This document shows positions 42,169 to 43,655 of a DNA stretch of 43,655 nt, in pieces. The translations under genes were made by a program, and so were the position numbers. Where the stretch lies: assembly GCA_045533025.1 (NCBI GenBank), contig JAZSHA010000019.1, forward strand, positions 1-43,655. The letters are read 5' to 3'. Numbering within the stretch: position 1 is the first letter of the stretch; each line of letters opens with the position of its first letter. The DNA comes from Oscillospiraceae bacterium (GTDB lineage: Bacteria > Bacillota > Clostridia > Oscillospirales > Ruminococcaceae). The notes under the pieces were generated by a model. It did not search any database. It saw only the letters and a list, made by a program, of their open reading frames with translations, and was not told where the DNA came from.

Positions 42169-43632
42169 ATGAATACAGCAAATGTAAGAACACGATTTGC
42201 ACCAAGTCCAACAGGCTATATGCATATCGGCAATCTTCGTACTGCACTTTACACTTATATTATCGCAAGAAAATACGGGGGCAAGTTCATTCTCCGTATT
42301 GAGGACACCGACCAGGGCAGATTTGTTGAGGGCGCTACAGAAGTAATTTATGATACACTCCGCAAGTGCGGTCTTGAATGGGACGAAGGTCCTGATATCG
42401 GCGGTCCTGTTGGTCCGTATATTCAGTCCGAGCGTATGGGTCTTTTCAAGGAATACGCTGAACAGCTTGTCAAGTCGGGCCACGCTTACTACTGCTTCTG
42501 CACCAAGGAGCGTATGGAACAGGTTCACGAGGAACAGCGTGCAAAGGGTATCACTCCGACTTATGACAGACATTGCCGTGAACTCCCACAGGAAGAGGTG
42601 GACAAGCTTCTTGCAGAGGGCGTACCTTATGTAATTCGTCAGAAGGTTCCTCTCGACGGCACAACTACTTTCCACGATGAGCTTTACGGCGACATTACCG
42701 TGCCGAACGCTGACCTTGACGACCAGATTCTCCTCAAGGCTGACGGTATGCCGACATATAACTTCGCTAACGTTGTTGACGACCACCTTATGGGCATCAC
42801 CCACGTTGTACGCGGCAACGAGTATCTTTCCTCCGCACCTAAGTACAACCTGCTCTACGAGGCATTCGGCTGGGAAGTTCCTACCTATATTCACGTTGAA
42901 CACATCATGCGTGACGCTACTCACAAGCTTTCCAAGCGTGACGGCGACGCTTACTTCGGCGACTTCGTGGAAAAGGGCTTCTACATTCCTGCTATCCTCA
43001 ACTATATTGCTCTTCTCGGCTGGGCACCTAAGGGTGAACAGGAAATCTTTACTCTTGAAGAGCTTGTACAGGAATTCGATATTAGCGGTCTTTCCAAGTC
43101 CCCTGCTATCTTTGACCCTGTGAAGATGAAGGCTATCAACTTCGAATGGATAAAGAAGCTTCCTCTTGACGAATTCAAGGCTCTTGCCCTTCCTTACATC
43201 AGACAGACCTGCAAGAGTGAGGACATTGACCTTGACGTTCTCGTAAAGACACTTCAGCCACGTACTGAGCTTTTAACAGATATCCCTGAAAAGGTTGACT
43301 TCATTGACGAACTCCGTGAATACAGCACTGACCTTTACTTCAACAAGAAGATGAAGACTACTCCCGAAACAAGCCTTGAAGCACTTAAAGCAGCTGCTGA
43401 GGTGTTCGAGGGTATTGATGATAATGCGTGGACAGAGGAAAATATCCACTCCGCACTTTTCACTAAGATTGAAGCTCTCGGCGTAAAGAACGGCTGGATG
43501 CTCCTCCCAATCAGAGCGGCTCTCTCCGGCAAGCAGTCCACACCTGGCGGCGGAGTTGAGCTTGCGGCTATCCTCGGCAAAAAGGAGAGCCTTGCCCGTA
43601 TTGCTAAGGGTATTGAACTTCTTGGCAAGTAA
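42169..43632 (+). CDS. gltX: Glutamate--tRNA ligase
   Basis: Start refined to ATG 42169, with AAAGGA 9 nt upstream. HIGH-type motif (YMHIGNLRTAL) and KMSKS-type motif (KLSKR). Confidence 0.95.
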   Translation: MNTANVRTRFAPSPTGYMHIGNLRTALYTYIIARKYGGKFILRIEDTDQGRFVEGATEVIYDTLRKCGLEWDEGPDIGGPVGPYIQSERMGLFKEYAEQLVKSGHAYYCFCTKERMEQVHEEQRAKGITPTYDRHCRELPQEEVDKLLAEGVPYVIRQKVPLDGTTTFHDELYGDITVPNADLDDQILLKADGMPTYNFANVVDDHLMGITHVVRGNEYLSSAPKYNLLYEAFGWEVPTYIHVEHIMRDATHKLSKRDGDAYFGDFVEKGFYIPAILNYIALLGWAPKGEQEIFTLEELVQEFDISGLSKSPAIFDPVKMKAINFEWIKKLPLDEFKALALPYIRQTCKSEDIDLDVLVKTLQPRTELLTDIPEKVDFIDELREYSTDLYFNKKMKTTPETSLEALKAAAEVFEGIDDNAWTEENIHSALFTKIEALGVKNGWMLLPIRAALSGKQSTPGGGVELAAILGKKESLARIAKGIELLGK

Positions 43633-43655
43633 GCCGACTTTTTACGGCATTATCA

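Overview
This window looks like a chromosomal segment of a moderate-GC Firmicute, probably Clostridia-like. That placement rests on GGAGG-type ribosome-binding sites, TTGACA/TATAAT promoters, gene content and codon style; I cannot name the species. All calls come from reading the supplied translations and the DNA by eye, with no database search.

The flanks are ordinary housekeeping:
- ilvC
- a PucR/CdaR-like regulator
- a cell-division and wall-remodelling block: ftsE, ftsX, a coiled-coil M23 peptidase and an S41 C-terminal protease
- the conserved string rimP-nusA-ylxR-ylxQ-infB-rbfA-nrnA-truB-ribF, then gltX

The middle (about 7.9-32.9 kb) is accessory-looking:
- a choice-of-anchor-A surface protein with Pro/Thr repeats and an NPTTG-type sorting signal
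- a tightly packed eight-gene minus-strand operon: a RelP/RelQ-type small alarmone synthetase, a transglutaminase-like lipoprotein, a PilC/GspF-like platform, four small N-terminally anchored pseudopilin-like proteins, and a PilT-like ATPase
- three tandem paralogous lipoprotein genes
- a 1322-aa hybrid sensor kinase carrying a degenerate GGDEF domain and a GAF domain
- a DMT transporter, an HExxH membrane protein, a C39-like peptidase, a patatin-like lipase, an aminotransferase and dUTPase

I saw no rRNA, tRNA, CRISPR array, transposase or integrase.

The best candidate for something undescribed is the alarmone-synthetase / transglutaminase / PilC / PilT operon. In this window it has no PilB-type assembly ATPase, no prepilin peptidase and no canonical G|FTLxE pilin. 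Many long ORFs in the six-frame track are antisense shadows and were rejected.
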